DNA of 64,000 nucleotides from Escherichia phage vB_EcoP_EcoN5. A program made the translations under genes and the position numbers. Below the pieces are notes generated by a model. That model was not told where the DNA came from. It did not search any database and saw only the letters and a program-made list of their open reading frames with translations. Numbering within the stretch: position 1 is the stretch's first letter; every line of letters begins with the position of its first letter. Below, piece by piece: positions 50,791 to 59,364 of this stretch. The stretch lies in sequence record MN715356; one strand, 5' to 3'.

Positions 50791-51021
50791 AGTGGAAATT
50801 CCTTAAAAAGTTATGGCTGCGTAGAGGGAATTCCCTACGCAAATTGGGCCGCCTAAAAAGAGGCGTCATAGTACTAAAAGGAGGAGAGAAGAGGGCTTAT
50901 TTAGCTACCTTTTTCTGTCCGTTTACAAACCAGATAATCGAACCGTCAGGCTGTCGTTGACCGAAGCCTTTTTGGTTAATCATATCGTCATAAGAATATG
51001 CTTTACGTCTCATTTGTTTTC

Positions 51022-51270
51022 CTACGAAGTTAGGATGATTTCAGCCTTAATAAACTTCTCACCAACAACCATGTCACCAGACACAGGACGAACCTCTCCA
51101 GTGCCTAGGTTAACAGCTCCAGCAGGTTGACAACCCATGCTCTTAGTTGTCAGCATGTAAATCTTTTGAAGATGGCACTCTTGGAGAGTGAACACATCTG
51201 ACATATTTAGATCTTTAACACGGAGGACTGTTTCCTCTTTGCTCTTAACTTTAATATGAATAGTGCTCAT
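51022..51270 (-). CDS. small protein, GDVF/VNLxTG paralog family
   Basis: 'SDVF' and 'GAVNLGTGEV' shared with six other small ORFs. Confidence 0.4.
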   Translation of the reverse strand: MSTIHIKVKSKEETVLRVKDLNMSDVFTLQECHLQKIYMLTTKSMGCQPAGAVNLGTGEVRPVSGDMVVGEKFIKAEIILTS

Positions 51271-51272
51271 GA

Positions 51273-51518
51273 TTACTCCTGAACCACTGACATACGAATC
51301 ATTTCCACCGGAGTGTCACCTTTCATAACACCCAGCACACCAGTCAGAAGATTGACTGTAGTAATCCAACCCTCTTCTACAGAGATCTTGTTGGACACGT
51401 TATTAACACGCATGTAATACTGAGGTGATGCTGTACCTCGCTGAACTACGAAAGGGTTTCCGGGGATGATAGTATCCAGCGGATGTGTGGTATCTTTAAC
51501 CTTGGGGATAATTTTCAT
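51273..51518 (-). CDS. small protein, GDVF/VNLxTG paralog family
   Basis: Track ORF 51273-51560 trimmed to Met 'MKIIPKV'; 'TTVNLLTGVLG'. Confidence 0.35.
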   Translation of the reverse strand: MKIIPKVKDTTHPLDTIIPGNPFVVQRGTASPQYYMRVNNVSNKISVEEGWITTVNLLTGVLGVMKGDTPVEMIRMSVVQE

Positions 51519-51519
51519 A

Positions 51520-51750
51520 TTATTTACCCTGAATAATAAGTTTGGATTCGAACAGCTCAACAGTATTGGTCAGAGGAACTGGAAAGAAAATATCTTTAGA
51601 GTTCCGAACACCCATTGCAGAGTGATCCCCTGTTTTTATCCAAAATTTAGCGATTACGTCGTTACCAGTAAAACGGAAAACATCTCCATTCTCTAAGTCA
51701 GAGAAAGTCTTGGAGGGTGCTTTGCTTTTTGGTACTAGCTCAAAGTTCAT
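51520..51750 (-). CDS. small protein, GDVF/VNLxTG paralog family
   Basis: 'ENGDVFRF...FWIKTGD'. Confidence 0.4.
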   Translation of the reverse strand: MNFELVPKSKAPSKTFSDLENGDVFRFTGNDVIAKFWIKTGDHSAMGVRNSKDIFFPVPLTNTVELFESKLIIQGK

Positions 51751-51758
51751 CTTGATTC

Positions 51759-52070
51759 CTATTTAAGTTTGAGGCTAATGTTAAGGTGCATACATGCCCT
51801 GTTCTGTACAGCAGCATAACTCCTACCGAGCATGTCAGCCATTTTCTGAATAGACATGAACCCAGCATTACGGATAAGGAACTGGTCTTCTTCTTTAGAC
51901 CACTTGACTCGGATTGAAGCTCTTGATATTCCGAATTTAGTGCAAGCTGTATTAACTGCATTCTCCGTTACATTCATAATCTGAGCAACCTCTTGGACAG
52001 AGTACTCTTTGATTAGTCTCCGAAGATTTTCAATCTGCATCGGAGTCCATATAGTTCTTCGAGCTTTCAT
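51759..52070 (-). CDS. DNA-binding protein with duplicated helix-turn-helix
   Basis: Two HTH-like repeats 'YSVQEVAQIMNVTENAVNTA' and 'MSIQKMADMLGRSYAAVQNRA'. Confidence 0.45.
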   Translation of the reverse strand: MKARRTIWTPMQIENLRRLIKEYSVQEVAQIMNVTENAVNTACTKFGISRASIRVKWSKEEDQFLIRNAGFMSIQKMADMLGRSYAAVQNRACMHLNISLKLK

Positions 52071-52113
52071 ACATTCTCCAATTAAACGTTTATATAAGAC
52101 TTGCTTAGATAAA

Positions 52114-52159
52114 GATTCAATAAAATAGGGGGAGGGGACGAATCCTCCCTTATCCTATT
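52114..52159 (-). terminator. rho-independent terminator (extended hairpin)
   Basis: AATAGG...GGAGG/CCTCC...CCTATT nested hairpin followed on the minus strand by TTTTATT. Confidence 0.4.
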
Positions 52160-52684
52160 AATTAATATTACATGTAAGATCTAACAATCGGATGCCTTTG
52201 TAGGAATAAGCATTATGCTAATCCAGCACTAAACTCCCGCCCCCTTAGTGGGCTGGGTTATTAAAGGGTAACGCCCTTATGGGCTAGTTACGTGAATGTT
52301 AGTTTGATAGGAGATCTGAAGTCCTATCTCAAAGGACTCTCGTAAGAATCCTTCACGATATTACTTATTCATCTCTCGTCGGCTATCTCTCCAAGCCAAC
52401 CAAGTGTAGATTTTCAACTCTTCTAAACTTTCTGGAGTGAATAGGTATTCTTTGAAGGTGTCACTAAACCACTCTAAAAATTCTTCAGTCATAATAACCT
52501 CTTAGCAAGACTGATCACATGGCTGATCACCACATGTCTTACAGATCACTGGAGAGTAACTACAGGCAGGATACACTGACACACCATCCCATGTCTCACA
52601 CCCACAGTCAGGACATGTGCCGTTAGATTCCATGTCATCATCGTCGTCTATTTCACCGCCACCAAAACAACTCATACAGGCTCC

Positions 52685-52906
52685 TTAGTAAACTAAACCT
52701 ATAGCCTTTGCATCGGGCTGAGGGACTACCTTTGCGCTAGGGCGATAGCCATCCACTGAACCATTCCAAAGGTTGACACAGGTAATATACCCATCGTCTA
52801 TGATGTCTGTTTTAATCCAGAAGTGTTTATCATGACCAAAGATACTTCCGTTTGGCAGCGTGGACAGCTCAACGGTTTTAAGTGACTGCTTAGAGTCTAG
52901 TTTCAT
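52685..52906 (-). CDS. small protein, GDVF/VNLxTG paralog family
   Basis: 'PNGSIFGHDKHFWIKTDI...CVNLWNGSV'. Confidence 0.4.
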   Translation of the reverse strand: MKLDSKQSLKTVELSTLPNGSIFGHDKHFWIKTDIIDDGYITCVNLWNGSVDGYRPSAKVVPQPDAKAIGLVY

Positions 52907-52915
52907 ATAAGTTCC

Positions 52916-53113
52916 TTAATATACCAAACCATGTAAAAGAAACACCCTCTTTGTAAGCTCTGCTTTAGCTCTGTAATAGGCCTTAGAACCTAACAGGCGG
53001 CTCTTAACAAAGAACTTGATGTCATTGCTAACATCTTGTATTAAACGCTCCTGCACAGCTTCTGAGGAGCTATTAATCGAATCAATTAACACCTTTGTAG
53101 ATGTGTAATTCAT
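52916..53113 (-). CDS. hypothetical protein
   Basis: 65-aa co-directional ORF. Confidence 0.35.
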   Translation of the reverse strand: MNYTSTKVLIDSINSSSEAVQERLIQDVSNDIKFFVKSRLLGSKAYYRAKAELTKRVFLLHGLVY

Positions 53114-53114
53114 A

Positions 53115-53414
53115 TTACCACTCCTTACCGGTTGTTGTTACAGAACCGCCACACCACAACGCTGTATCGATCACAACATTGTCTGGCGTAGACTTCTCTT
53201 CATTGATAGAAGGGTTAGCATTAGAGCAGGTTGCTCCGTTCCAGCGCATATCAATTTCACCAGAAGGAACCTTCTCACCTTTATGCCAGCGAGATACACA
53301 AATACCATCCACTGCTACTGCACACCATCCATCAGGACGGCTCTGTACGCAGCCTGTAAGGGCCACACAGACAAGGAAGATACAGATTAAGGATATTACA
53401 CCACCCCAACTCAT
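53115..53414 (-). CDS. lipoprotein (signal peptide with lipobox LTGC)
   Basis: 'MSWGGVISLICIFLVCVALTGC' then Cys-rich mature part. Confidence 0.5.
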   Translation of the reverse strand: MSWGGVISLICIFLVCVALTGCVQSRPDGWCAVAVDGICVSRWHKGEKVPSGEIDMRWNGATCSNANPSINEEKSTPDNVVIDTALWCGGSVTTTGKEW

Positions 53415-53433
53415 AACTACCTCCTACGTTGAT

Positions 53434-53509
53434 TGGTGCACCCTACAGGACTCGAACCTGTAACCAACGACTTAGAAGGTCGCTGCTCTGTCCATTGAGC
53501 TAAGGGTGC
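53434..53509 (-). tRNA. tRNA-Arg (anticodon UCU)
   Basis: 76-nt cloverleaf: acceptor GCACCCT/AGGGTGC, D-stem GCTC/GAGC, anticodon stem GCGAC/GTCGT with loop CTTCTAA, T-arm ACAGG-TTCGAGT-CCTGT, encoded CCA. Confidence 0.85.
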
Positions 53510-53518
53510 TAGATTTGT

Positions 53519-53728
53519 TTAACTAAAGATACGAATGGCTACATCGTGACCGATATGACCGGGAACTTTATGCTGTTCTATTTTCAAACAGCGTTTACAG
53601 ATACGAGATACACGAGATTCTTTTCTCTCGATTGGAGTGTCTTTAGCGTGAGTAATGTGAAGGTTCTCAGTGACTACCCACTCATGTTTACATCCAGAAT
53701 CTTCGGGCTTTTTCTTACGAAAGAACAT
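53519..53728 (-). CDS. small zinc-ribbon protein (tandem paralog 1 of 3)
   Basis: Track ORF 53519-53770 trimmed to Met after RBS AAGGGG; 'CKHEW...CKRC'. Confidence 0.35.
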   Translation of the reverse strand: MFFRKKKPEDSGCKHEWVVTENLHITHAKDTPIERKESRVSRICKRCLKIEQHKVPGHIGHDVAIRIFS

Positions 53729-53736
53729 AACACCCC

Positions 53737-53908
53737 TTAGATCAGATCTGTTTTCTTGTGCAGACCACATATTTTACAGCGGGAATAGATACGCAACCCT
53801 TGTCGCTCTCTTTCTGTAAGTTTATTTGTGATCGTCAGCTCATAAGTAGAAAGATCTTCCCACTCATGGAAATGAAATAGACGTTTGAACCATTTAATCA
53901 TAATGATT
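53737..53908 (-). CDS. small zinc-ribbon protein (tandem paralog 2 of 3)
   Basis: Hand-translated 'MIKWFKRLFHFHEW...CKICG'; below track cutoff. Confidence 0.3.
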
Positions 53909-53910
53909 CC

Positions 53911-54072
53911 TTAGATTACATCACGATGACTAACATCACCACACACCTTACACTGGATAATGTAACGTGTGCCCTTGTCATTGTTCCCATCTGAATCTGT
54001 ATAGACCAGAGGACGGGTGTTAATAATCTTCCAATCATGACAATGGAAGACACGCTTTAGCCACTTGAACAT
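53911..54072 (-). CDS. small zinc-ribbon protein (tandem paralog 3 of 3)
   Basis: Internal Met of track ORF 53911-54246: 'MFKWLKRVFHCHDW...CKVCG'. Confidence 0.35.
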   Translation of the reverse strand: MFKWLKRVFHCHDWKIINTRPLVYTDSDGNNDKGTRYIIQCKVCGDVSHRDVI

Positions 54073-54079
54073 ATTAACC

Positions 54080-54331
54080 TCAAGCACAAGCAGGGAGAGT
54101 GATGATTTTATACTGACCTTCGAACTCTCCAAATAAACCCAAGAATGTAGGACTGTAAGTACCAGTACAAACAAACTCGTCAAACAATTCGTTATAGCTA
54201 GGCTTAATCTTCCAAGCCCATACATAACCCATCTTGTCAATTGCAATGTAACGGGTGTTCAGAGGAACAGTCATCATCACATCATCAACTTCGATCACTT
54301 TAGTGATTGGTGCAGCTTGGAAGTTTTTCAT
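54080..54331 (-). CDS. hypothetical protein
   Basis: 83-aa co-directional ORF. Confidence 0.4.
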   Translation of the reverse strand: MKNFQAAPITKVIEVDDVMMTVPLNTRYIAIDKMGYVWAWKIKPSYNELFDEFVCTGTYSPTFLGLFGEFEGQYKIITLPACA

Positions 54332-54496
54332 ACTTTACCTTTGATAAAAATGTCATTACCACAGACACAGCATGAACGAACAACAGTAGCGCCACGCTGA
54401 ACGATACGAACCTCTTCCTTAACCAGATTAACACGAGCACCACAGCAAGGAGAGTTAACATAAGAGTAACCAGCTTGCGTATGTTTGATTGTTTGC

Positions 54497-54853
54497 TTAG
54501 ACATTTGATTCGAGATCTCTTAGTTGTTCAGCCAATTGTTCGCATTCATTAACGCAGAACTCTTCTGTTCTTGGTATCCCATTAGGGTTGAACCGTGTCT
54601 TATCACCTGCATGGGCACAATCAAATCCGACTGTATTTAAACCACCCATTTCTTCGAGAGAGTCCTGCCACGTAACACCGCCATGGACGTTGACATAACA
54701 AACCTCTTTCTCGTCCCCATTATATCCAGTGAAGTTTTTACTGCTCAGAGTGTCTGGCAACTCCACATACCCACAAAAGTGGGAGTCATTCATGTGCATA
54801 ATCACAGCACGAAGACCCGATTTAGTTTCCCAACTTTTAACTATGCGTCTCAT
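54497..54853 (-). CDS. hypothetical protein
   Basis: Track ORF 54497-55006 trimmed to Met preceded by AGAGGTG; upstream part would span a terminator. Confidence 0.4.
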   Translation of the reverse strand: MRRIVKSWETKSGLRAVIMHMNDSHFCGYVELPDTLSSKNFTGYNGDEKEVCYVNVHGGVTWQDSLEEMGGLNTVGFDCAHAGDKTRFNPNGIPRTEEFCVNECEQLAEQLRDLESNV

Positions 54854-54895
54854 ATAAGCACCTCTTGTTAGTTTAAGTAAGAGTTGTCCCTTAAT

Positions 54896-54930
54896 TAAAA
54901 CAACAAAGGCCACCCGATTGGGCAGCCTTT
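54896..54930 (-). terminator. rho-independent terminator
   Basis: AGGCTGCCC-AATC-GGGTGGCCT hairpin followed on the minus strand by TTGTTGTTTT. Confidence 0.45.
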
Positions 54931-55434
54931 CTCTATTAACTGTTATATGTCCAATTACCTTGCTTGTTACGGATGGCTGACATTGCATGAATCCAGAAGC
55001 TTTCAAGTTTCAGAGCACCGTTAGCTACTGCATCCATACGTTCAGGGCGGTTCATACGTTTGGTTGATACTTTCATACCTATCTCTCTTTGTTAGTGGAG
55101 GCATTATTGCCAGTTGATATAAGGGATAGCCCTAGTCAGTAGACTAATTCTGACCGCGTACTCATTGCCGACCTTCTCTGCCTAAGAGTTCAGGTTCTAG
55201 AGCTATCTCTTATTCCAACTGGTGAAGACCTCCTACCCCTAGGAGATCTCCCGAATCCCAAACCAATACGTACCCCTACGTAGTGGGAAGTCTACCGAAA
55301 TTGAACAGGTTTTAGTCTAACACCGGATGTTCGAGCAAGCTCTCCCTAGCGGTGCGGCATATGCCTGATTGATGTAGTTAATGAGGAACACCCTCACATA
55401 GCCCTCTGATAAATACAAGGGCTATAAGTCGGTG

Positions 55435-55653
55435 TTACTTTTGAGTCAAACACAAATCAGGACGGGGCATAACAGTGGTTGACAGATTGAACACACCAAT
55501 GTAGCCAGTTCTCAGATTAGCTGCCTGACGCAAACCATCAGGAGTCTTATCCTCTAGCATCAGCCAGAAGCATTTATCGTAAGAGAAAACATCACCACCC
55601 TTAACATCTTCTGCATTTGCATATTTAGGATAATCAACTACTTTAATTTCCAT
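55435..55653 (-). CDS. small protein, GDVF/VNLxTG paralog family
   Basis: 'KGGDVFSYDKCFWLMLEDK...ANLRTGYIGV'. Confidence 0.4.
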   Translation of the reverse strand: MEIKVVDYPKYANAEDVKGGDVFSYDKCFWLMLEDKTPDGLRQAANLRTGYIGVFNLSTTVMPRPDLCLTQK

Positions 55654-55923
55654 CTACTTGCCCTTGTTAGTAATAACAACATCATGAAGAAGAACAACCT
55701 TGCTTTTCGAGCTAAGCTTAAGGACTTGCTTATTTGTCAGACTAAGGACGACACAACCCCCATCAGAATGCTTGGTCTCTTCAATCTGTGAGGTAAATAG
55801 CTGAACAACCATGTAGAAATCTGCTCGTGTTTCCCTGATTTGGAATACATCTCCAAGTTTGAGATCACCAACACACAAAGATGGTTCATTTACCTTTAAA
55901 TCAATCTTCATCTTTAGCCTCAA
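55654..55923 (-). CDS. small protein, GDVF/VNLxTG paralog family
   Basis: 'LKLGDVFQIRETRADFYMVV'. Confidence 0.4.
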   Translation of the reverse strand: MRLKMKIDLKVNEPSLCVGDLKLGDVFQIRETRADFYMVVQLFTSQIEETKHSDGGCVVLSLTNKQVLKLSSKSKVVLLHDVVITNKGK

Positions 55924-56134
55924 TGTTAGTTATGTGGAGATCACTGCGTACTTGGCAGATCTCATCTCGGTTGATGCCGGTCAGTGTTCCGGATACCACA
56001 TTAACACATTTAACATGATAGTCAGATGTGGAATCTGTTCTGATATAAAGAATGCCTCGGAAAGAAAACAAAACTCCAGGCTTCATGTTAGTTAAGCGAA
56101 TCGTTGTATGATCATGCTTAATATTAACTTTCAC
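55901..56134 (-). CDS. small protein, GDVF/VNLxTG paralog family
   Basis: 'KPGVLFSFRGILYIRTD...CVNVVSGTLTG'. Confidence 0.4.
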   Translation of the reverse strand: MKVNIKHDHTTIRLTNMKPGVLFSFRGILYIRTDSTSDYHVKCVNVVSGTLTGINRDEICQVRSDLHITNIEAKDED

Positions 56135-56136
56135 TG

Positions 56137-56418
56137 TTAATCCACCTTATTGGTAAGACGAACGTTATCAATCACCTGCACATTGATATCACTCTTAAGT
56201 ATAGTAACCCTGTCTGATACTATATCTAATACAGCTTTCCAACTTCCTGCTGAACCATACATCATAAGATTGCTTGAATCCAGCTTAACAACCAAATAGA
56301 TCTTCTTTTTAGGTGGGATAGTTTCAAAAACATCACCAACCTTCAACTCTTTAAGTTGTTTAACCACTGGAACTGTATTGATATCATGCTTCACTGTTAA
56401 TCTCCTGCTGTTTAGCAA
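56137..56418 (-). CDS. small protein, GDVF/VNLxTG paralog family
   Basis: 'LKVGDVFETIPPKKKIYLVVKLD'. Confidence 0.4.
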   Translation of the reverse strand: MLNSRRLTVKHDINTVPVVKQLKELKVGDVFETIPPKKKIYLVVKLDSSNLMMYGSAGSWKAVLDIVSDRVTILKSDINVQVIDNVRLTNKVD

Positions 56419-56680
56419 TAGCTACTCGCAAGTCTTCATTAGCACGAGCAAGGCGCAACACTTCATGGTTGAGATTCTGAAGACGCTTGTTTCTGTCCTC
56501 TACTTGCATAATAAGATCGTTAAGAGTTGCTTTAACTTTCTCATTATACATCTCATCCACTCGGACTAGGGATTTATACATTCTTTCCCAGCTCGCTGCT
56601 TTGTTTCTTAGGATAATAAATCCTAGAACGCTGACAGTTAAACAGATTACAAAAAGGAATTTATATACTTCTAAAGTCAT
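56384..56680 (-). CDS. membrane-anchored coiled-coil protein
   Basis: N-terminal TM 'FLFVICLTVSVLGFIIL' followed by charged helical region. Confidence 0.4.
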   Translation of the reverse strand: MTLEVYKFLFVICLTVSVLGFIILRNKAASWERMYKSLVRVDEMYNEKVKATLNDLIMQVEDRNKRLQNLNHEVLRLARANEDLRVAIAKQQEINSEA

Positions 56681-56879
56681 ATTATTTACCCTTTATCAGA
56701 GATTAAAAGTAATATTATTTAAGTAAGTTATATTTAGTAAACTTATTTTCTAAGAAATTTTCAAAGGGTCTATATACAGAGCATTACCTATAGTCCCAGA
56801 ATACTACCATCTTTTTCAATAAATTTACTAAGTGGTTGGTTTATAAAGAAATTTAGTTTGTCAAATCTGGCACTAGAGA

Positions 56880-57269
56880 TTATTCCCTAGAGCTATTATC
56901 GAACACTAAATCACCACAATACATAGGATTGGCATACCATTTTGGCACCCCTTCGCTCTTACTCTGAAAGTAAGTCCCACTATACAGCGGAACATAATTC
57001 TTCTTAAGGGCACGTTTAGCCAGCCGCTCGCTTTCTCCAATGGCTTGCTTAGTCATCGGATTTTTATCACGAATCAGCTTTACATAACGTTTATAAGGTT
57101 TCTCCTGTTTTAATAGTACCGGAATCCACTCAAACTGGTTCTTTTGTCTTATCACCTGTTCAGCGGTCAGTTTTCGTTGGGCCATTCTATTTATCACGGT
57201 ATCCGCAACTAAAGCCTTACATGCGGTTGGCTGATTCCCTGCCTCATAATAAATAGTCAATGTCAACAT
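56880..57269 (-). CDS. SleB-like cell-wall hydrolase domain protein
   Basis: 'IYYEAGNQPTACKALVADTVINRM...QFEW' resembles the SleB/Hydrolase_2 core. Confidence 0.5.
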   Translation of the reverse strand: MLTLTIYYEAGNQPTACKALVADTVINRMAQRKLTAEQVIRQKNQFEWIPVLLKQEKPYKRYVKLIRDKNPMTKQAIGESERLAKRALKKNYVPLYSGTYFQSKSEGVPKWYANPMYCGDLVFDNSSRE

Positions 57270-57523
57270 TAGCTGGGCCGTTGTTATCAGAACTTGCTAC
57301 CTCCTCTCAGGATAAAACACCTTTCATGTATGCCGTACTCGAAGCCCTCCTTGTGGCTTTTAGTATGGATTGCTTAGCCTTAGTCTTAACTTCTTCTGTC
57401 ATTCCATCAAAAACACCGAGCTTAGTTAGCTCCTTACTAGGAGGCTTATAGGAAGGGTTTAAAGCATTAGATAAATTATGACCATAGGCATGACCACGGC
57501 ACAATAAAGAAGAAAGATTAAGC

Positions 57524-57889
57524 CTATGGATTTACACATTGACCGTTACCGGATGCGATTTCATTCATTGACTCATCAAACAAGGTTAGGGATGAGCGCA
57601 TCAAGTGATCGACCGTGATTTGTTTACCGGTAGTTTCATTTACCAGTTGAATAGTTTTATCATATGATTGCACATGATCGAAATCATTTACATGCAAAAT
57701 AATAACTTTAGGTGACTTTTTACCAGTCGAATAGTTTTCTATCAAATAGGTGCACTGTAAACCTTCCACCGTATCAGGGGAAAATGTTGCAGCCTTTACA
57801 CTACCCATAGCCGATAGGAGAACGCCCAGCAGGAGAACGACCAGAAAAAACCCTACAACCATTTTAATGATGAATTTAATAAACCACAT
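57524..57889 (-). CDS. membrane-anchored protein
   Basis: N-terminal TM 'MVVGFFLVVLLLGVLLSAMG'. Confidence 0.4.
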   Translation of the reverse strand: MWFIKFIIKMVVGFFLVVLLLGVLLSAMGSVKAATFSPDTVEGLQCTYLIENYSTGKKSPKVIILHVNDFDHVQSYDKTIQLVNETTGKQITVDHLMRSSLTLFDESMNEIASGNGQCVNP

Positions 57890-58038
57890 AACTATAAACC
57901 TTTTAATCAGAGGATGTAAGAATAAAGCATATCAGCGACGAATAACGCCACTGTAACAACGAACAAGCAACGCCAAAAATAATCATGAATCATCACAACA
58001 ACCCTACATAACGTTAAGAATGATCAGGACGCCAACCC

Positions 58039-58305
58039 TCAACAAAAAAATGCTTCACTTATTTGTTCCACTTCTCCCAGTGACAACAAAATCCCACGTT
58101 GGGCAAGATACTTCCCAATAGTCAAATAATCTTGTACTAAATAGACCGCAGGAAAGCTAATGGTTTTTATCTCACCCTTAGTTAGAAAGGACAAATAAGT
58201 GTAGTCGATTGACTCATCAAAGGACAACGTAACGCCACCGTAATTGTGCGTGTCAATTAACGCGATAGTTTCATTCCCCATTGTTATCATCCCCATTAAG
58301 CCCAT
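58039..58305 (-). CDS. hypothetical protein
   Basis: 88-aa co-directional ORF. Confidence 0.35.
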   Translation of the reverse strand: MGLMGMITMGNETIALIDTHNYGGVTLSFDESIDYTYLSFLTKGEIKTISFPAVYLVQDYLTIGKYLAQRGILLSLGEVEQISEAFFC

Positions 58306-58537
58306 GATTTAGCAGGTTAGCCAACGATAGCCCACCATCAAAATAAATTGAACGAAAATCATCTCGATTAATATCAATGCGTACCAATTGAAGCCATTTT
58401 TTGGCCTCGTTAAAACTCATGGAACAAAAAGCAACGGTAGGGATTATTACATCACCATCTCGCAAGCTAAACGCGATAAAAGTATCACACACAAAACAAG
58501 AAAAGCCGCTAGACAATTTAACTTCTTTGATAGCCAT
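58271..58537 (-). CDS. hypothetical protein
   Basis: 88-aa co-directional ORF; frame overlap with 58039-58305 leaves exact start uncertain. Confidence 0.35.
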   Translation of the reverse strand: MAIKEVKLSSGFSCFVCDTFIAFSLRDGDVIIPTVAFCSMSFNEAKKWLQLVRIDINRDDFRSIYFDGGLSLANLLNHGLNGDDNNGE

Positions 58538-58551
58538 AATTCTAACCCTTA

Positions 58552-59034
58552 TTATTTAGCACTGATGCAATTAGCTAGGTTGATGTGTACGGTATAAACC
58601 GCATTATTCTCGCTATTGTAAACCGTGGTGGCAAGCATTGATTCGTTTATCGGGCCATAACTGACTAGATTTGTAACAGCTTTCGCATGACTGTAACGTT
58701 GTACAGTGCCAAAGGTGACTAGTTCAGGATCGTTATCAGTGCGCTTTAATAGCACATCTTCATTGCCCTGATTATCTAGTGTTTTGGTACTAACGACCAG
58801 ACCATCACGGGAAACGTTACTAAATTTCACTTTTAAGACGATTTGATTGGTGTCACTATCCGCACCGTTACAAATCAGCCAATCTTTATCAATGGAACTA
58901 GCGAAAACGTCAGCGGCATTAGTTGCAGGACTAGCGATAGCCTTATCAGAAAAAGATGTTACCAGTGCACTAACACCGATCGCGGCAACTAGTGCATAAC
59001 TTGCCAGATTAATAGTCTGCATTACTTTCGCCAT
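58552..59034 (-). CDS. secreted/periplasmic protein (cleavable signal peptide)
   Basis: 'MAKVMQTINLASYALVAAIGVSALVTSFSDKAIA' signal peptide. Confidence 0.45.
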   Translation of the reverse strand: MAKVMQTINLASYALVAAIGVSALVTSFSDKAIASPATNAADVFASSIDKDWLICNGADSDTNQIVLKVKFSNVSRDGLVVSTKTLDNQGNEDVLLKRTDNDPELVTFGTVQRYSHAKAVTNLVSYGPINESMLATTVYNSENNAVYTVHINLANCISAK

Positions 59035-59253
59035 TTTTGCTACTCCTTAGATAGAATCAATTAACTATCGCCACTATATAATAAAAGGAAAGAGCGACAA
59101 CCATTTATTTTTTAACTTTCTCATAAATCACTGAATCTTAAAGAAATTTAATTTACTAAACTTTCTCATTCAGGGCATAGCTTACTACTTCTATAATACA
59201 AAGACGGTATTCAAGGTTACTACTCATACTTATACCTCCTGTTTTACGGGCAT

Positions 59254-59279
59254 AAAAAAGCCCCAGCCGTAGCCGGGGC
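59254..59279 (-). terminator. rho-independent terminator
   Basis: GCCCCGGC-TACG-GCTGGGGC hairpin followed on the minus strand by TTTTTT. Confidence 0.5.
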
Positions 59280-59342
59280 AAACCTGAAAGCAACACATGA
59301 CCGTTGCTATAAATACACTCGCAAATGCACTTACAGCAACGC

Positions 59343-59364
59343 AAAAAGCCGCTCAAAGGCGGCT
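59343..59364 (-). terminator. rho-independent terminator
   Basis: AGCCGCC-TTTGA-GCGGCT hairpin followed on the minus strand by TTTTT. Confidence 0.5.

Larger units (their letters stand above)
49413..50930. repeat. tandem direct repeat, copy 2 (period 1518 bp)
   Basis: Same as copy 1; junctions fall inside ORFs with 1-2 nt C microhomology. Confidence 0.8.

Noticed and set aside
47895-50930. 1518-bp repeat as a direct terminal repeat of the phage genome
   Set aside because: Copies are adjacent in the middle of a co-directional gene array and both junctions fall inside ORFs; a genuine tandem duplication or assembly artefact is more consistent. Cannot be fully excluded if the window came from a concatenated sequence.
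52080-52390. Additional tRNA genes in the structured intergenic regions at 52.1-52.4 kb and 55.0-55.4 kb
   Set aside because: No 7-bp acceptor stem with TTCRANY T-loop and matching D/anticodon arms found on either strand; GGAGG-GGACGAAT-CCTCC has an 8-nt loop and reads better as a terminator hairpin. Not run through a tRNA scanner.
59156-59356. 66-aa track ORF 59156-59356 as a gene
   Set aside because: It runs through a strong rho-independent terminator hairpin (59254-59279); only its last 23 codons follow a good ribosome-binding site.
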